The position numbers and the translations under genes are program-made. Shown here one piece after another: positions 42,234 to 57,246 of a stretch of DNA of 64,000 nucleotides. The stretch is from the human T2T-CHM13v2.0 reference genome, Homo sapiens, in NCBI RefSeq assembly GCF_009914755.1, contig NC_060927.1; one strand, given 5' to 3'. Under the pieces are notes generated by a model. That model was not told the origin of the DNA. It did not search any database and was given only the letters and a program-made list of their open reading frames with translations. How positions within the stretch are numbered: the first letter of the stretch is position 1; the number at the start of each line of letters is the position of its first letter.

Positions 42234-44902
42234 ATGAATAGAACAGTACCTCACATCTCAGTACTAATGTTGAATGTAAATGGCCTCATTGCTTCACTTA
42301 AAATATACAGAATGGCAGAATGGATAAAAAATACACAAACCAAGTATCTGCTGTCTTCAAGAGACTCACCTAACACGTAAGGACTTACATAAACTTAAGG
42401 TAAAGGAGTGGAAAATATATTCTATGCAAACGGAAACCAAAACTGAGCAGGAATAGCTAATCTTGTATCAGACAAAACAGACTTTAAAGCAACAACAGTT
42501 AAAAAGACAGAGGGACATTATATAGTGATAAAAGGATTAGCCCAATGGGAAAATATCACAATCATAAGTATATGTGCAACTAACACTGGAGCTCCCTAAT
42601 TTATTAAACAATTAGTACTAGACCTATGAAATGAGATATATGGCAACACAATAATAGTGGGGAACTTTGATACTCCACTGACAGCACTAGATAGGTCATC
42701 AAGACAGAAAATCAACAAAGAAAAAATGGACTTAAACTATACCCTAGAACAAAGGAACATAACAGGTATTTACCAAACATTCTACCCAAAAACTGCAGAA
42801 TATACATTCTTTTCACAAGGACGTGGAACATTCTCCAAGATAGACCATATGATAGGCCACGAAACAAGTCTCAATAAATTTAAGAAAATTTAAATTATGT
42901 ATGTACTCTCTCAGACTACTTTAGAATGAAATTGGAAATTAACTTCCAGAGGAATCCTCAAAACTATACAAAAACAGGTGAAAATCAAATAATCTGCTCC
43001 TGAATGATCTTGGGGTCAACAATGAGATCAAGTGAAAATTTAAAAATTCACTGAACTGAACGACAGTAATGACACAATGGTTCAGAACCTCTGGGATACA
43101 GCAAAAGTGGCACTAAAAGGAAAATTCACAGCATTAAATGCTACATCAAAAAATCTGCAAGAACACAAATAGGCAATCTAAGCTCACACCTCAAGGAACT
43201 AGAGAAACAAGAATAAACCAAACCCAAACTCAGTAGAAATAAAGAAATAATGAAGATCAGAGCAGAACTAAAGGATGTTGAAACAAACAAGAAAAAAATA
43301 CAAAAGATAAATGCAACAAAAAGCTAGTTATTTGAAAAAATAAACAAAATTGGCAGATCGTTACTGAGATTAACCAAGAAAAGAAGAGAGCAGATTCAAA
43401 TAAGCTCAATTAGAAAAGAAATAGGAGATAGATAGTACAACTGATACCACAGAAACACAAAAGATCATTCAAAGAAGAAATGGTACCAATCTTACTGAAA
43501 CTATTCCAAAAGATAGAAAAAAGGAAATCTCGTTAAGCCATTCTATGAAGCCAGTATCACCCTAATACCAAAACCAGGAAAGGACCTGACAAAAACAGGA
43601 AACTACAGACTACTATCTCTGATGAACATATCTGCAAAAATCTTCCACAAAATACTAGCTAACCAAATCCAACAGCATATCAAAAAGATAATACACCATG
43701 AACAAGTGGGTTTTATACCAGAGATGAAGGGTTGGTTTAACATACACAAGTCAATAAATATGATACACCACATAAACAGAATTAAAAACAAAAATCACTT
43801 GATCATCTCAATAGATGCAAACTGATCTTTGACAAAGCAAACAAAAGCATAAAGTGGGGAAAGGACGCCCTATTCAACAAATGGTGCTGGGATAATTGGC
43901 AAGCCACATGTAGAAGAATGATACAGATCCTCATCTCTTACCTTATACAAAAATCAACTCAAGTGGGATCAAAGACTCAAATCTAAGACCAGAAACCATA
44001 AAAATTCTAAAAGACAACATCAGAAAAACTCTTCTAGACATTGGCTTAGGCAAAGAGTTCATGACCAAGAATCTAAAAGCAAATGCAACAAAAACAAAGT
44101 TATATAGATGGAATTTAATTAAACTAAAAAGCTTTTGCACAACAAAAGAAATAATAAGCAGAGTAAATAGACAATCCACAGAATGGGAGAAAATATTTGC
44201 AAACTACACATCTGACAAAGGAATAATATCCAGAATCCTCAATGAACTCAAACAAATCAGCAACAAAAAACCAAATGATCCCATCAAAAAGTGGGCAAAG
44301 GACATGAATAGACAATTTTCAAAAGAAGATATACAAATAGACAACAAACATATGAGAAAATGCTCAACATCACTAATTATCAGGGAAATGCAAATTAAAC
44401 CACAGTGAGATACCGCCTTACTCCTGCAAGAATGGCCATAATTTTAAAAATAAAAAAATAACATGTTGACATGGTGAAAGGGAATACTTTTACATTGCTG
44501 GTGGGAATGTAAACTAATACAACCGCTGTGGAAAACAGTATGGAGATTCCTTAAAGAACTAAAAGTAGAACGACCATTTGATCCAGCAATCCCACTACTA
44601 GTATTTACCCAGAGGGAAAGAAGTCATATATGAAAAAGACACTTGCACGCACATGTTTTTAAGCAGCATAATTTGCAATTGCAAAAATATAGAACCAGCC
44701 TAAATGCCCATCAAACAATAAGTAGATAAAGAAAATTTGGGATAAATTATATATACCATGGAATACTACTCAGCCATAAAAAGAAACAAAATAATGGCAT
44801 TCGTAGCAAACTGGATGGAATTGGAGACCATTATTCTCAGTGAAGTATTGCAGGAATGGAAAACCAAACATTGTATGTTCTTACCTATAAGTGGGAGCTT
44901 AG
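42234..44902 (+). pseudogene. L1PB ORF2, disrupted, RT core deleted
   Basis: Fragments 42657-42893 (endonuclease), 43622-43825 (start of RT), 44061-44408 and 44758 onward (C-terminus). Deletion junctions near 43470 and 43820. Confidence 0.92.
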
Positions 44903-45164
44903 CTATGATGACACAAAGGCATAAGAATGACATAATGAATTCTGGGGACTCAGGAAGAAGTGTGGGAGGTGGGGTGAGGGATAAAGGATTACACATTGAG
45001 TGCCATGTACACTGCTTGGGTGATGGGTGTACCAAAATCTCAGAAATCACCACTATAGAAGTAATCCATGTAACCAAATACTACCTGTTCCTGAAAAACT
45101 ATTGAAATAATAAGAAAGAAAAAAACAATAATTATACTTTCTCCTATAACTATTGCTATCCTAA

Positions 45165-45310
45165 TTTATTGACATTTATGAAGTCACAGGCACACTGCTA
45201 AACACTTTCAGCTATTATCTCATTTTATCTTTAAACAACCTTCCTTATAGGGTAGGAATGATTATTTCTGCTTTAAAGATGAAGAGGCTGAGGTCCCAAG
45301 TCATACTCCA
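45165..45310 (-). mobile_element. MIR
   Basis: aggcacactgctaaacacttt...tattatctcatttt...ttaaagatgaagaggctgagg. Confidence 0.75.
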
Positions 45311-46153
45311 GGGAATGAGAGATGCTGTGTTACTTAGAACAATTATCTATTATTCTATCAGTTTAGTCATTTATTCTATAGAAAATTGTAATCTCTTATC
45401 TAGGAGTTGTTCCAAATGCAAAGTGTGACATGTCCCCAAATCAAGATTATGGATTACTCATGTAAGTCCATTTTAACATCTATTTTTAAACAAAGGAATT
45501 CCTATGGAGAACAGTCTATTGATCAACTAATCAATTACTTAATCAGCAATCAATTAGCAATCAATGTGCAAGACACTGTGAAGGATACAATGATTCCTAA
45601 AGTCAAAGAGCTTATGCCTTAGCTAAGGAATTAGAAATTATAGACTTAAACACAGTTAACAATAAAGGAAGTCAAATGATTGGTATAGATGATGACAGAT
45701 TTTTCATGAGAGAAAAAAAAATTACGGTGAACTGTGAGTACTAGGGAAATCTTGATGGGATTTATCCTGTGTGCAGACGAATGACTGATTTAGATGAGTA
45801 GAGAGGATCAGATGGAACAATTGACACAGAGAGAAGGAACAGTGTGAATCCTGACAAATAGTTTGCAGTATATAATATATTGGACTCCAATGACTAGACA
45901 AGGGTAGCTTCTTGCTACTTGATTATTTACAATTTTACAGTTTATTTTAGGAGTAATTCCTTTAAATTTTCCTTAAGAAAATATAAAAATATTAATATAT
46001 ATAAATATATAAATATTAATGTGGTAACATTTAAAGCTTGGCTTGTTCAAGAATGATTGCCTGCAGACCAGCCTCCCAGAAAAAAAAATTTGGGACCTGA
46101 TACAGATCCTTAGAATTTGGCTCTTTCTTTATGCTTAAATGTCTGAATCCCAG

Positions 46154-46989
<836 letters not shown>

Positions 46990-47170
46990 TCTGGTCAACT
47001 GTAAGTCTTGGAACCCTGACCCCTGCCATCAGGCTAGCGGTGTAGCTTTTGCTTCTCTAGGCAGTAAGTCGGATATGGCAACACTGTCACTGTCTTGCAC
47101 TGCACTAGAATGCAACAGGCATTGAGGAAACTGTTCCTGACTCTTGCTGCTGTTTTTGTGGTTTTTCCAG

Positions 47171-47291
47171 GTGCACATTGCCTGAGCGGTCCTGGAGGGT
47201 AAACTGCTCAGCCACCAGTCTTTGCACAACACATGGATTTTTCAGTGTTACATGAGGCACTGTGGAATTGTGCCTCAATAATAATCTAGAA
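47171..47291 (+). other. Candidate 121-nt non-coding exon
   Basis: CTGAC branch point at 47137-47141, T-rich tract, TTTTTCCAG|G acceptor and GAA|GTAAGT donor. There are stops in all three frames. Confidence 0.35.
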
Positions 47292-49489
47292 GTAAGTTGG
47301 ATACCAAAACACTGGGAAAAATATATTCAAAAACAAGGTACAGTTCATACCATACCATTGTGATTTTCTGTGACAGCCCTGATTCTAAATTTCTATCGCT
47401 ATCACAAAATTTATTGAAACATCTTAGAATTTCCTATATTTTTGGTGTATAACTTATTAATTCCAGACTATCTCTTTCACTGGGAGAGTCATAAAATCTT
47501 TTGTCAGACTATGTGTCCCAATTTTATACAAAAAATAGGCCAATGTACTTTTAACTCAGAGTTACAGTGCAACAAATTTGGTACCTATAATAAGAGTATA
47601 GAAGCTGAAGGCCTGCTGGACACTATAAAAGGGGAAAGTGGAAGAAAAATGGTTTCTATATAAGGTTTATATTTAGTTCATGTATACAGATATTCTTGAA
47701 AAAGCTAATAATTTAACCTAGATTTTTAATAGTCGAAGTTGTCATTATAACTCAATCTGGTAGGTGTGCATTTTTCAAAATTTTTTTGTGTGGATTTTAA
47801 AAGATGTATTTTTAGTATCATAAGAGAAGAAAAAATTCATCTCCAGAAAGAAACTGTTAAATTATTTAGCCCATTTTTGTGCTCGTCTTTTCCTTTAGTG
47901 ATTCACTAGACTTTTAAAATTATGGTAGACCATAGTCATTGTTATTATGCAAAATGTACCTTTGTATTCTGGCAGATTAGGAGTCAAAGAAAAGTAAACA
48001 AAACCCAACAGCACCATAAATTAACTGGGTTTTGACCATTCCACAGAGTGTTTGTGGGGCTAACCCTTCACTGACATGTACTGCTTACCATACATAGCTA
48101 AACTCGCATGAGGTACCTTCTCATAAGAGATCACCAAATGAAGATTCATGTACAATACGCATGTGCTTAATGATCCCAAAAAAGAGAAAGAGACTTTGAT
48201 TAGTAGAAACAGTATCTGCCAAATAAGCCATTTTCTCCTCTTCCAGGATATTAATGTCATCTAAGTAACTCTCACACTATTGATGTTCATAATTAAGAAA
48301 TTAAGAAAATTATAGTCCCTATATTTCTAATTATACCTGTAATTAATTATACTATGAAGCAAATTTTGCTGCCATGCTACCCTACTGCCTTTCCTCTAAC
48401 TCATCATTGCGTTTTTTTCTTAAACTTGTTTTTATTACTCCATACATTGAATCGCCCTGTTGATCACCAGTAGTTCATAAGGATGCCATAATAGTTAAAA
48501 GAAACATGACTGAACTTAGGTAAAATTTTAATGTCACTTATCAAGAAACCACACAGTAACTAGATTTTAAAACTTTTTAAGAAAGTGTTATTTTTTTGAA
48601 AAAATAATTTCCTAAAGAGGGTGGCCACTTTAGGAAATAAGGAATGATTGCAAGTAATGAAAGTTTATTACTTGGACAAAGAGTGATTCAAGTAATTGAG
48701 CATGCTTAAAGGAAGAAAGAGAAAATTAAGTAATGAGTTATTTAGTTGCCAACCTTCCTGATTAACTGACATCAAAGGGCTTGCACAAAAATTTACATTG
48801 ATTGGGTGCAAATAGTTGGACTCCTTCTCCATGTTTTGTGTGTCTGACAGAGAAAAGATCTAGAAACTGAGGTAATAAAAGACGCAGTTGGGAACCTGCC
48901 TCACTGTTGAAGAAATTCAGCTATCAGTGATTCTCAGTGAAAGTAAAATATAGGAGAAGGTACTCTAATGACTTTTGTAACTCAAGCTGCAGGTGGCTTG
49001 CCTGAAGTTGTGGACAAGAAAAGGCAACGGTATATTTCAACTCTTGAGAGCACTCTACTGAAAGCAAAGGCATACCAGGGAGGAGAGGGAATCTATCATT
49101 TATTTAGGAAGTGATTAGTAACAGTTTAGGGAAGTAAAACTCTATAAGCAAATATTTGCATTTATTTAACTCTTGAATCTGTGACTTGACTTAAATACTT
49201 AATAATATGCATGGTGTAGTGGGAGCATGTGAGATCACAATTGAACAACCTACGCAGATATTCTAATTCTGCTCCTTACCAGTTGTGTGATTCATAAACT
49301 GAATATGATTGGTTGTTGTAAGGAATGAAGAAATTGTTTACAACTGGCATAAAATGATAACTTTCATATACATGTTTATTATATTATCAAGTTAAAAGAT
49401 TAGAAAGGGGAACATTTATTGAAGTGTAGACATTGTCTTATAGTTATCTCCTCATGCCTGTAAAGGAGGGGACAAGGGAGGTAAACAAC

Positions 49490-49690
49490 ACTTTTTGAGT
49501 TTTTACTGTGTACCAGGAATGATGCTAGGCACTTGATTACCCAGTTCCTGAGAGGTCTCTGAGATGATTACTTTGTCTCCATTTTATAGATGAAGAAGCT
49601 GAGCTTCAGAGAGATAATTTGTCCACATTTTTCTGGTGATGGTTTATTTGGTTTGATTGAAAGTCAAACATAGGTCCATAGATCATGCTT
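49490..49690 (-). mobile_element. MIR
   Basis: tactgtgtaccagg...tgctaggcactt...ctccattttatagatgaagaagctgagcttcagaga. Confidence 0.75.
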
Positions 49691-50084
49691 ATTTTATTTT
49701 ATTAGGTTTCTAATGAAACTATATGGTACAATAGGCTTCACTGATGTGTCTTGGAATTGCAGAGATAAGGCCTGGGAGCAACAAACTGTTCTTTGGTCAT
49801 TAAAAAAAATGTACTTAATGACAGGTAACTACACTGATGTGGAGTGGATCTTCAATTCCACCAGCGTTTTTTTTTTAATGGCTGTTTCAGGGGCCAATAT
49901 TCTTACTCTCTCCTGCTCTCCCGCTGTGCCTAAATATTTGATTATCATTAAACATTAGTTTACTTTGAGTTAGTGTGCTAACACTTCCAGCAAGGTTTTT
50001 ATTTTCACTAATATTTCTAATAATGGTAATAATTTTAAAAAGCTAAAATGTGTTAAGAGGCACCCAGTGAAAGCATATCGTATG

Positions 50085-50245
50085 GCTGTTGCTAGGCATT
50101 ATTTTATTTAAACCTTGTGACAACTCATGAGGTGATTTATAATTTTCATTGTATCTTACACATACTGAAATCAAGGCTTGAGAGGTTGCCCACCTCATAT
50201 AGCTAGTAAGTGGTGGCACTTGGATTTCTGATGCCAACACCCTTG
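50085..50245 (-). mobile_element. MIR
   Basis: gaaatcaaggcttgagaggttgcccacctcatatagctagtaagtggtggcac. Confidence 0.65.
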
Positions 50246-51779
50246 TGACTGGGCACTGTGCTGCTTTGTCAGGTTCAGGACAATCAGTATCTCTTGTTAG
50301 CATGATCCCTAATATTCAGGAAATGTGGGAAATATTTCAGGGAAACTTTCCTAGGTCTTTTGAAAATATTTACTTAATGTTGACTCACAATGATCACATA
50401 AAGGGCATACACACACACACTAATATTTAAGGAGAGAACAGATGAACCATGTAACTTCTAGAGCCCATTTTGTGAAATGTTTTCAGGACTGATTGAATGT
50501 AACTTAAATCCTTCTATTTCCTCATGATGCATATGTTTTCTGAAATAATATCCTAAATCTAAATCTAACTTCTGTTTCAGTGAACAAAAGAATACCCTAC
50601 ATGAACAACCACAGCATCAAATTTGTGGGTAGGAGGTTGTCATTCCTGCTGCCTCACTTAGGATGGTGCCATGTGTGTTCCGGGGGGTGGGAGGATTTCC
50701 GAATTTAAAATTCTACATGATTTTTGTATTTTCTCACTAAAGATTGGCTTTGGATAGCCAGCCATATTCTAAGAAGGAACTCAGATACATTTGTTATTAT
50801 TGTTCTTAATAGAACAATTGGTATTTATTGACAGTATGCATTAGGAATGATTTTCAATAAAACTGAAGCCAAAATCTTGATGGAGTATATATTCATCCTA
50901 TTTTTGTCACTCTCTTGTTGTCAAATCCAAAGCCCACACATTGCTTCCTATGTACAGTAGCATTTGAAAACAATATCCACAGTCATGGGATTCTGCGCAA
51001 AGTATCAAGGTGAAATAGCAGATAATTGATTAAGCAATAATAACATACTGTGCTGTTAAATATACTTCTAACTATTTAGGAAAAGCTATTCAGTAAAACA
51101 TATCTTTTCTCTTTTGATATTCAATGTAATTGGAAACAGACATATCCTAATTCCAAGTCTCAAAGTGCAAGTATATATTCCCTCATGAACCAATCTTCTT
51201 CCAGCTGGCTGATTTAGATAATAAAATGAAAAAGATACAACCAAACGGATCCTCAAAGCTTGTGCTTCAAGAATTGGAGCTGGGAGCCCCTCAGGGTTGC
51301 AGGGCAATTCTGAGGCTGTTGAAGCTCTCAGAACAGCTGTTTGGTAGTAGCCTCAACAGAGCTCATTAGCACAACTCCTGGTTGGGGCCATGTTAACTGG
51401 ATCCCTTTACTGTCATCGGAGCCACCCCACTCCCTCTTACCATGTTCCTCCATTATCACTTTCCCCCCTTCCCAGCTTGTTCTGTTAACGCTTCTACTCT
51501 CCTGAGAGGAAAGAATGTTCTCTCCTTCTTTACCTCTCTTCCACCTCCCTCTGACTAATTCTTCCTCATCTCTCCCACTTTTCCCTCTTTGCCCTTCCCT
51601 GCTCGTTCCTCTTTCTCTTTTCTCTTATGACCATTTTTGTCAGAACAAATGTGTGGGTTCTTTTTTTCTTTCTCACAAGCTCTATTCTTCACTAGTTTCA
51701 ATCTCTGTGACGGGAGCAACTGCCTGAATATCTTAAATTATGAGACTAGAGGTGTATCCAGTTCCTTTGGAAGGAGGTA

Positions 51780-52035
51780 GTAAACAGAATTGTTTAAGAA
51801 TACAGGCTTTGAACCTGTACTAGAACTGGATTTAAACCACAGTTCTGACATTCTGTGGAATGCAGAGCATGTTGCTTAAACTCCCTTAGTTCCGATTTCC
51901 ACCTCTGTTAAATGGGGACAATAGTGTGTCTTCCTAAAGGTTGATACAAGAATTAAAGAAACCGTTGTTATAAATATACTTCACACAGTGCTTGGAACAG
52001 GACCAGCAGGCAGTGAAGAGCAACTCTTGTTATTT
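51780..52035 (+). mobile_element. MIR, near full length
   Basis: ttaagaatacaggctttgaac...tttccacctctgttaaatggggacaatag...cacagtgcttggaaca. Confidence 0.8.
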
Positions 52036-52599
52036 ATAAGTGATACCTGTTGGTTAGACAGTACAGGTCTCAAATCTTTGGCTTTACTAAGTTTTCTTGG
52101 TCTTCTCTCTTTGCCTAGCATGGAAGCCCATCTAAGGCACCTACTTCATTTATTTGTTTGTTTATTCAGGAGCCTACATAGAAAATACGTTATGTCCCAT
52201 CCGCAGATACTTTCTACCACTTTGCCATAGTCACAAAATTAATCACTGGTAAATTATTAGTTGATAAACTTTAAGGCATTATTCCTTATAGCTACTGTAA
52301 TGACATGAAGGTGAGGGGAAGAGAAGGGAAAATAAGAAAGAAGGGTGGGATGTTAAGGAGTCCCTTTAACTTCTAAAAGGTCTTCTATCCCCAAAGAGTA
52401 GACTTGCTGATCATGGAACAGCTATGCAGGCAGGTAAGCTATTCTGGGCTAACACCATCTCTGCCCTTTCATGAACAAAACTGTTTCCAACATCTTGCTT
52501 GTTTCTTGGCTGCAAATAACTGCTGTATTTGTTTTGTATGTACGTGTATATGTATGTGTTTGCATTGTATGCATGATGTGTGAGTAAAGTATCAAGCAA

Positions 52600-53150
<551 letters not shown>

Positions 53151-53899
53151 TGTCATTTTAGAGGTTCTGAAACATGACAACTGTCTCTATCCTTTCTCCC
53201 CTAATAACACTTAAATTATATTCAGAGATGGAAACTTTTAAAAGTCCCAGGTAGACTGTGATCCCCCTAAGTAGTACTTGGGACCACTCTTTCCTCACTA
53301 AGGAGGAAAAAAGCTGGAGGGGAGAACTAGGTGCCCCTTGCAAAAAATCTGATTCCTCATCTACTAATAGCCATAAAGGTTTCTCCAATATCTGTTTAGG
53401 CACTGATGCTCTATCTTGCTCTTCATTTTATTTAAAGGAGGAAGTGAAAATGTACATTTTATTTCCACTTTATTTAACCATGCTTATAGTATATTTTTTT
53501 AGAATTTGCTTAATTTTCTTCAGGTACAAATTTTAGACCAGAGTTTATATCAGAGTTTCATTAAGTTGGAGGCAAAACGAGCATAAATTTATGCTCCTAT
53601 AGAATGATATACACTTGCTGAACACTTAAAAATGGATGGGGCAAGAAATCAGTTATGATATTTTACAAACATTATGCATTGTGCTTGGCCACATGAATGC
53701 CTACTATTTTAATTTGTGAAACAAATTCAACCCCATGGTTACATTCAGGGCATAAAATTCTACAGTACTGTGTGTAATCGTGAACTGATGAAATTACAAG
53801 GGCCATAAAACACTGATTTTTCAACTCTACTTAACTATTTACGACAAAAAGAGAAATCGTGTGCCCATGCCTCGCCAGAAAAGAAGGAAGATTCTAAGT

Positions 53900-54212
53900 C
53901 AGAAGTTCCAAACCACTGGACTTCAAGCTGAATCCCACCAGCAAGTATGTATGGTTTGGTTCACCCAGTGCTTTGGTTTTGGATTTAGTTTTTAATTGAA
54001 TTATTTGGCAACATTTATAAATCAGTAGATTTCACATGCAAATCCAGTATAATTCGATTTCCAGTATAACTTGAAAGATCTGAAGACTTTGTAGTACTGA
54101 GCTCAGGAATAACAACTTCCAGCTTCTGTGGGGCACACAATCTCCATTGTGCTGCAGTCCTCATCTCACCAACATTTTATTTGCTTAGCTTATTCTTGTA
54201 GACATCTGAAGT
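53900..54212. mobile_element. MER102-like hAT element
   Basis: ggcaacatttataaatcagtagatttcacatgcaaatccag...cttgaaagatctgaaga. Confidence 0.65.
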
Positions 54213-54216
54213 GGGG

Positions 54217-54359
54217 TTTGTTTTTTTCCTTCCTTTGTTTTAGGAGCTGGGGTCTTGCTATGTTGCCCGGGCTGCCTTTAAAGTCCTGGGCTTAAGAGAT
54301 CCTCTTGCCTCAGCCTCATGAGTTGCTGGAACTAGAGGTATGTGCCCTTGTGCCCAGCT
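54217..54359 (-). mobile_element. FLAM (free left Alu monomer)
   Basis: ggggtcttgctatgttgcccgggctg...cctgggcttaagagatcctcttgcctcagcctc...gtgcccagct; a monomer with a T-rich tail. Confidence 0.88.
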
Positions 54360-54479
54360 GGCATTTGACTTTTGATAAAACATTTAAGGAATGGCTTTCA
54401 GATTACCTTTCAAATACACTAACTTTTTATTTTCTTCCGACTCACTACTTATCTCCTACCACCTTAACCTTATTTTTAG

Positions 54480-54800
<321 letters not shown>

Positions 54801-55150
54801 AAGATATGAGACTAGTGGTCAGACTGGCTTCCAACAACCAAGCACCAAACTAGGAAGGAAGCAGGTTACCACAGAACAGCAGCAGAGACTAGAGATCTTT
54901 TGCTGTGCCAGGATTTAACCCTTTTGTTTCAAACCCCAGGGAGATTAGGGGAGGAGGCATCCTGGGGAGGAGCTTCATCAGTGTAACTGAAGGAGGACAC
55001 TCCAGTATGGAAGTGCTTCAACATTTCAACCAAAAGGACTGTTGTGCCTACCCATTGAGTATCAGCCCTATCTGTGACTGAGATGAAGTGGACAGTATTT
55101 TTGCCCTTGAACACACACTCTACTTAGTCTGGCTCTGTGTTTGCATTAGC

Positions 55151-55154
<4 letters not shown>

Positions 55155-55184
<30 letters not shown>
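55155..55184. repeat. (TG)15 microsatellite
   Basis: Read directly from the sequence. Confidence 0.97.
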
Positions 55185-55185
<1 letters not shown>

Positions 55186-56659
55186 TTTATTTACTAGATT
55201 TAATGGAATGAGTTGAATTATTTATTTATTCCACAGGCTTTGTAATGTTCATGGTCAAATGACAAATGAAACCATGTTTGGTTTCCTTATGCATATTTGA
55301 TTTTCATACACTTACATTTCATACCGAGAAGAAACCCCATCATCAGTCACAGAGAAATGCCTCTGACCAATGCATAAAGCCTTACATAAACTAACATTTA
55401 ACCTTTAAAATTAAAGTATAAAGAGGAGGAGAATTCATGGATTTGCTAATTGTCTCACCCTGCTGTGGACTGTAGCAGGCATTCTGTCTTTAGCTACTAC
55501 CATGAATGCATGCAATAATTAATGCAGAACCTAGAAAAATTAGTCCAAAATCATAAAGGTCATTTTTAGATCATAAGTATTGATAGTTAGTGCCTTTTAT
55601 TTTCATCCTCTATTATAATTTTAAGCTTTGGGAATTTATAATACAGACAGAAACAATGGGAAGAAATAATTGCTAGAGGAAATATTTCTATTAAAATCAT
55701 GGATTAGGGAGAAGGCAACATTTTCCTGGCTGAATACAAATTTTCTATGGATAATTATAAAAACATCTTACAATAATAGTAAAAGATTCTTATAAGAAAA
55801 TTCAATAAATGGCTGTGTATTTGATACAGAAGTTTTGGCTCAAATGTTACATGAGTAATAGTGCGTAATACTTTCTAACTGAAACTTCAAGGAGCCTTAT
55901 CACTGAGCCAAATAATTTCTTTCTGTTTAGACAGTACTGTGAATAATAATTTATATTTGCTAGGGTATAAGAGACTATTTCTCTTTGAAACAATGACTTT
56001 TTTTCTAAACTGACTGTCTTTTGTAAAAAGATGTCTTTAAAGATATTGGTAAGACACAGTTATTGAATTGACTTTGTTAAATGAATCTGCTGTTTTTTTA
56101 ATAAAATATGTTTACATGCAATTTGAAATTTGATGACTTAAAAGTTAATTTTTAAAATGCTAATAATTGATACAAAAGCTATTTGACTTTCAAATCTCAG
56201 ATAACACCCCTGATTAACTGTACACACACACTTTACACTTTCATTTTGCCATAATGTGAATAGGGTTCTTGTACTTTTTTTATTAAAGGTAGCTATAATT
56301 TCAAAATCTAAATTACATAAAAACGGATATTTAAGTTGTTTCAAAGACAACTATACAGTGGCATAAAAGTGTTGTTAAAAACTCTAACCGTATTCATAGT
56401 GTTATAACAGTGAAGGAAGGGTAAGTGCAGTGTTCCAGCAGCAGTGGCCTGGTTTGCCTGCCTTTACTCATCATCCTCTGCAGAATGTTGGGCTGAGTCC
56501 AGGGTCTTCAGTTGACGGAGCTGATCTTGGGCAGCTTAGGAAAGAGCTGTCAGTACCACGGTGATAGTATCAAAGCTAAAACCAGAGCTGTCCACTGTCA
56601 GTCACATGCTGAGTCACCTCCTACTTAACTTTCAGTCAGAGTGTCTTCTGTGATATCTG

Positions 56660-56880
56660 TCACTACCCTCTGAGAAATCTTCTCTACCTCCTCTCCTCTC
56701 CAAACTGAATAAATTACTTCTACTATTATACATTGTATGCTGTGTTGCAATTATTTATTTATGTGTCCTTCTTCCTTAAGAGAGTCATAATAATTTGAAT
56801 ATAAGGTCCACGCCTATTCATCTTTGTGTATGGCTCATAGCACAGTTCCATACACATGACAGATGCTTACCAATAGTGTG
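56660..56880 (+). mobile_element. L2 3' region
   Basis: cattgtatgctgtgttgcaattatttatttatgtgtc...cttattcatctttgtgta...tagcacagttccatacacatgacagatgctt. Confidence 0.6.
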
Positions 56881-57129
56881 GTTCTGGGTTGGTTGGAGTT
56901 TATCTGAGCATTGGGGAAGTGTGGATGTGGAGAAGATGTAATGTTTGTCTCTCATCTCTTCATGTATATTCCTCTAGAATTTATATTCTTTGTTGAAAAG
57001 AATTCCTTTCTGGATAGGAAAAAAAAACATTTTCTAGTTAATACTGTCAATGGATTTTCTACCATTAAGATGTAATTATTTTATTAACAGAAAAAATATT
57101 CATTGAATATTACTTGCAAAGGAAAACAT

Positions 57130-57246
57130 CATTATTCATTCAACTCATGATTACTGAACACCTACTGTCTGTTAGATACTGTTCTGATCACTGAAGAAGT
57201 ACAATAGGAAGTAAACAAGACAGACTCAAATGCCCAACTTCCTGGA
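57130..57246 (-). mobile_element. L2 3' end
   Basis: attcattcaac...tactgaacacctactgtctgttagatactgttct...aacaagacagac. Confidence 0.7.

Larger units (their letters stand above)
39588..45123 (+). mobile_element. LINE-1, L1PB (L1PB2-like), both ends present, two internal ORF2 deletions
   Basis: L1PB-type 5'UTR (aaatggcagatagg...gtggagactcacattgtgaacttttgctcc), ORF1, ORF2 and an L1PB-type 3'UTR ending aaaaactattgaaataa. TSD AACA(G/A)TAATTA at 39577-39587 and 45124-45134. Confidence 0.95.

Noticed and set aside
51510-51630. Pyrimidine-rich tract (and the purine-rich tract at about 57245-57315) as a triplex element
   Set aside because: Low-complexity DNA without a clear mirror repeat.
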